A stretch of DNA of 64,000 nucleotides from Octopus sinensis (taxonomy: Eukaryota). The notes under the pieces are model-generated. The model saw nothing but the letters and a program-made list of their open reading frames with translations. It had not been told where the DNA came from and ran no database searches. Numbering within the stretch: the first letter of the stretch is position 1; each line of letters begins with the position of its first letter. The translations under genes were made by a program, and so were the position numbers. Location: the NCBI RefSeq assembly GCF_006345805.1, contig NC_043015.1:27094001-27158000 (forward strand), given 5' to 3'. Positions 63,430 through 64,000 of the stretch are shown here, piece by piece.

Positions 63430-64000
63430 TTATTATTACTACTACTACCACTACTACTACCACTGCTACTATCACTACTACTGCAGCTGCTGCTGCTGCA
63501 GGTGTAGACCAACCAGTTACAATGCCAAAATTTTATTTTGCTTTAATATTGGAAACCTTATTGAACTGAAAATATGGTCTTTGTTAACACCGCTTACAGA
63601 TTCTATGGAATTATATACATACACAAACAAATATATATATATATGCGTGTGTGTCTACATGTGTATGCATACTTATATGTGTGTATATAAATAAATAAAA
63701 ATATCGTTATTATGTATTACGATATAACGGTACACTGCATATGTGAATATAATGTGTTAAATATTACGTTAAGTATAGTTATAAATAATCATGTTATTGT
63801 GTATTTATATATGTTTCTTTATATATAATTACATCTATATGTATAAATGTGTGTGTATGTGTATGTGTGTAGGTGTACGTATGCGTGTATATATAGAGAA
63901 AGCACTTTCTACTTCACCCTTTCTTTTTCTTTGTATATACACATATTTATATTACCCATACACGTACATAAATATATAATATATATATAGACAGATAGAT

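Overview
AT-rich, microsatellite-saturated eukaryotic non-coding DNA. The SINE families and repeat landscape suggest a cephalopod, probably Octopus (inference). I cannot support any host gene, tRNA, rRNA or CRISPR feature, and most ORF-track entries are translations of microsatellites. The window is a mosaic of transposable elements. These are: a near-full-length CR1-group LINE (46280-51116) with a 5'-truncated sister copy (43740-45597), four R4/Dong-like RLE LINE 3' fragments ending at (TAA)n, a tail-to-head HERO/NeSL-like RLE junction, a decayed Ty3/gypsy element carrying a SINE with a 16-bp TSD, Tx1, RTE and CR1 remnants, two mariners, a Penelope-like GIY-YIG fragment, non-autonomous Helitrons, foldback/MITE elements and tRNA-derived SINEs. 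The main discovery is a set of self-cleaving-RNA (type I hammerhead ribozyme, HHR) repeat elements that no ORF explains. There are three unrelated retrozyme/pseudo-LTR-like families with repeat periods of 594 nt (31304-32743), 475 nt (52145-52941) and 351 nt plus an inverted arm (61398-62146), and several short minimal-HHR elements. The three main families all have a palindromic helix III, and two have an unusually long (64-70 nt) helix II. Other highlights are a LINE/SINE shared 3' tail with a compensatorily changed hairpin, a LINE ORF1 with Myb/SANT-like plus CCCH domains behind a monomer array, and a Helitron carrying a direct-repeat-flanked piece of the HHR element.
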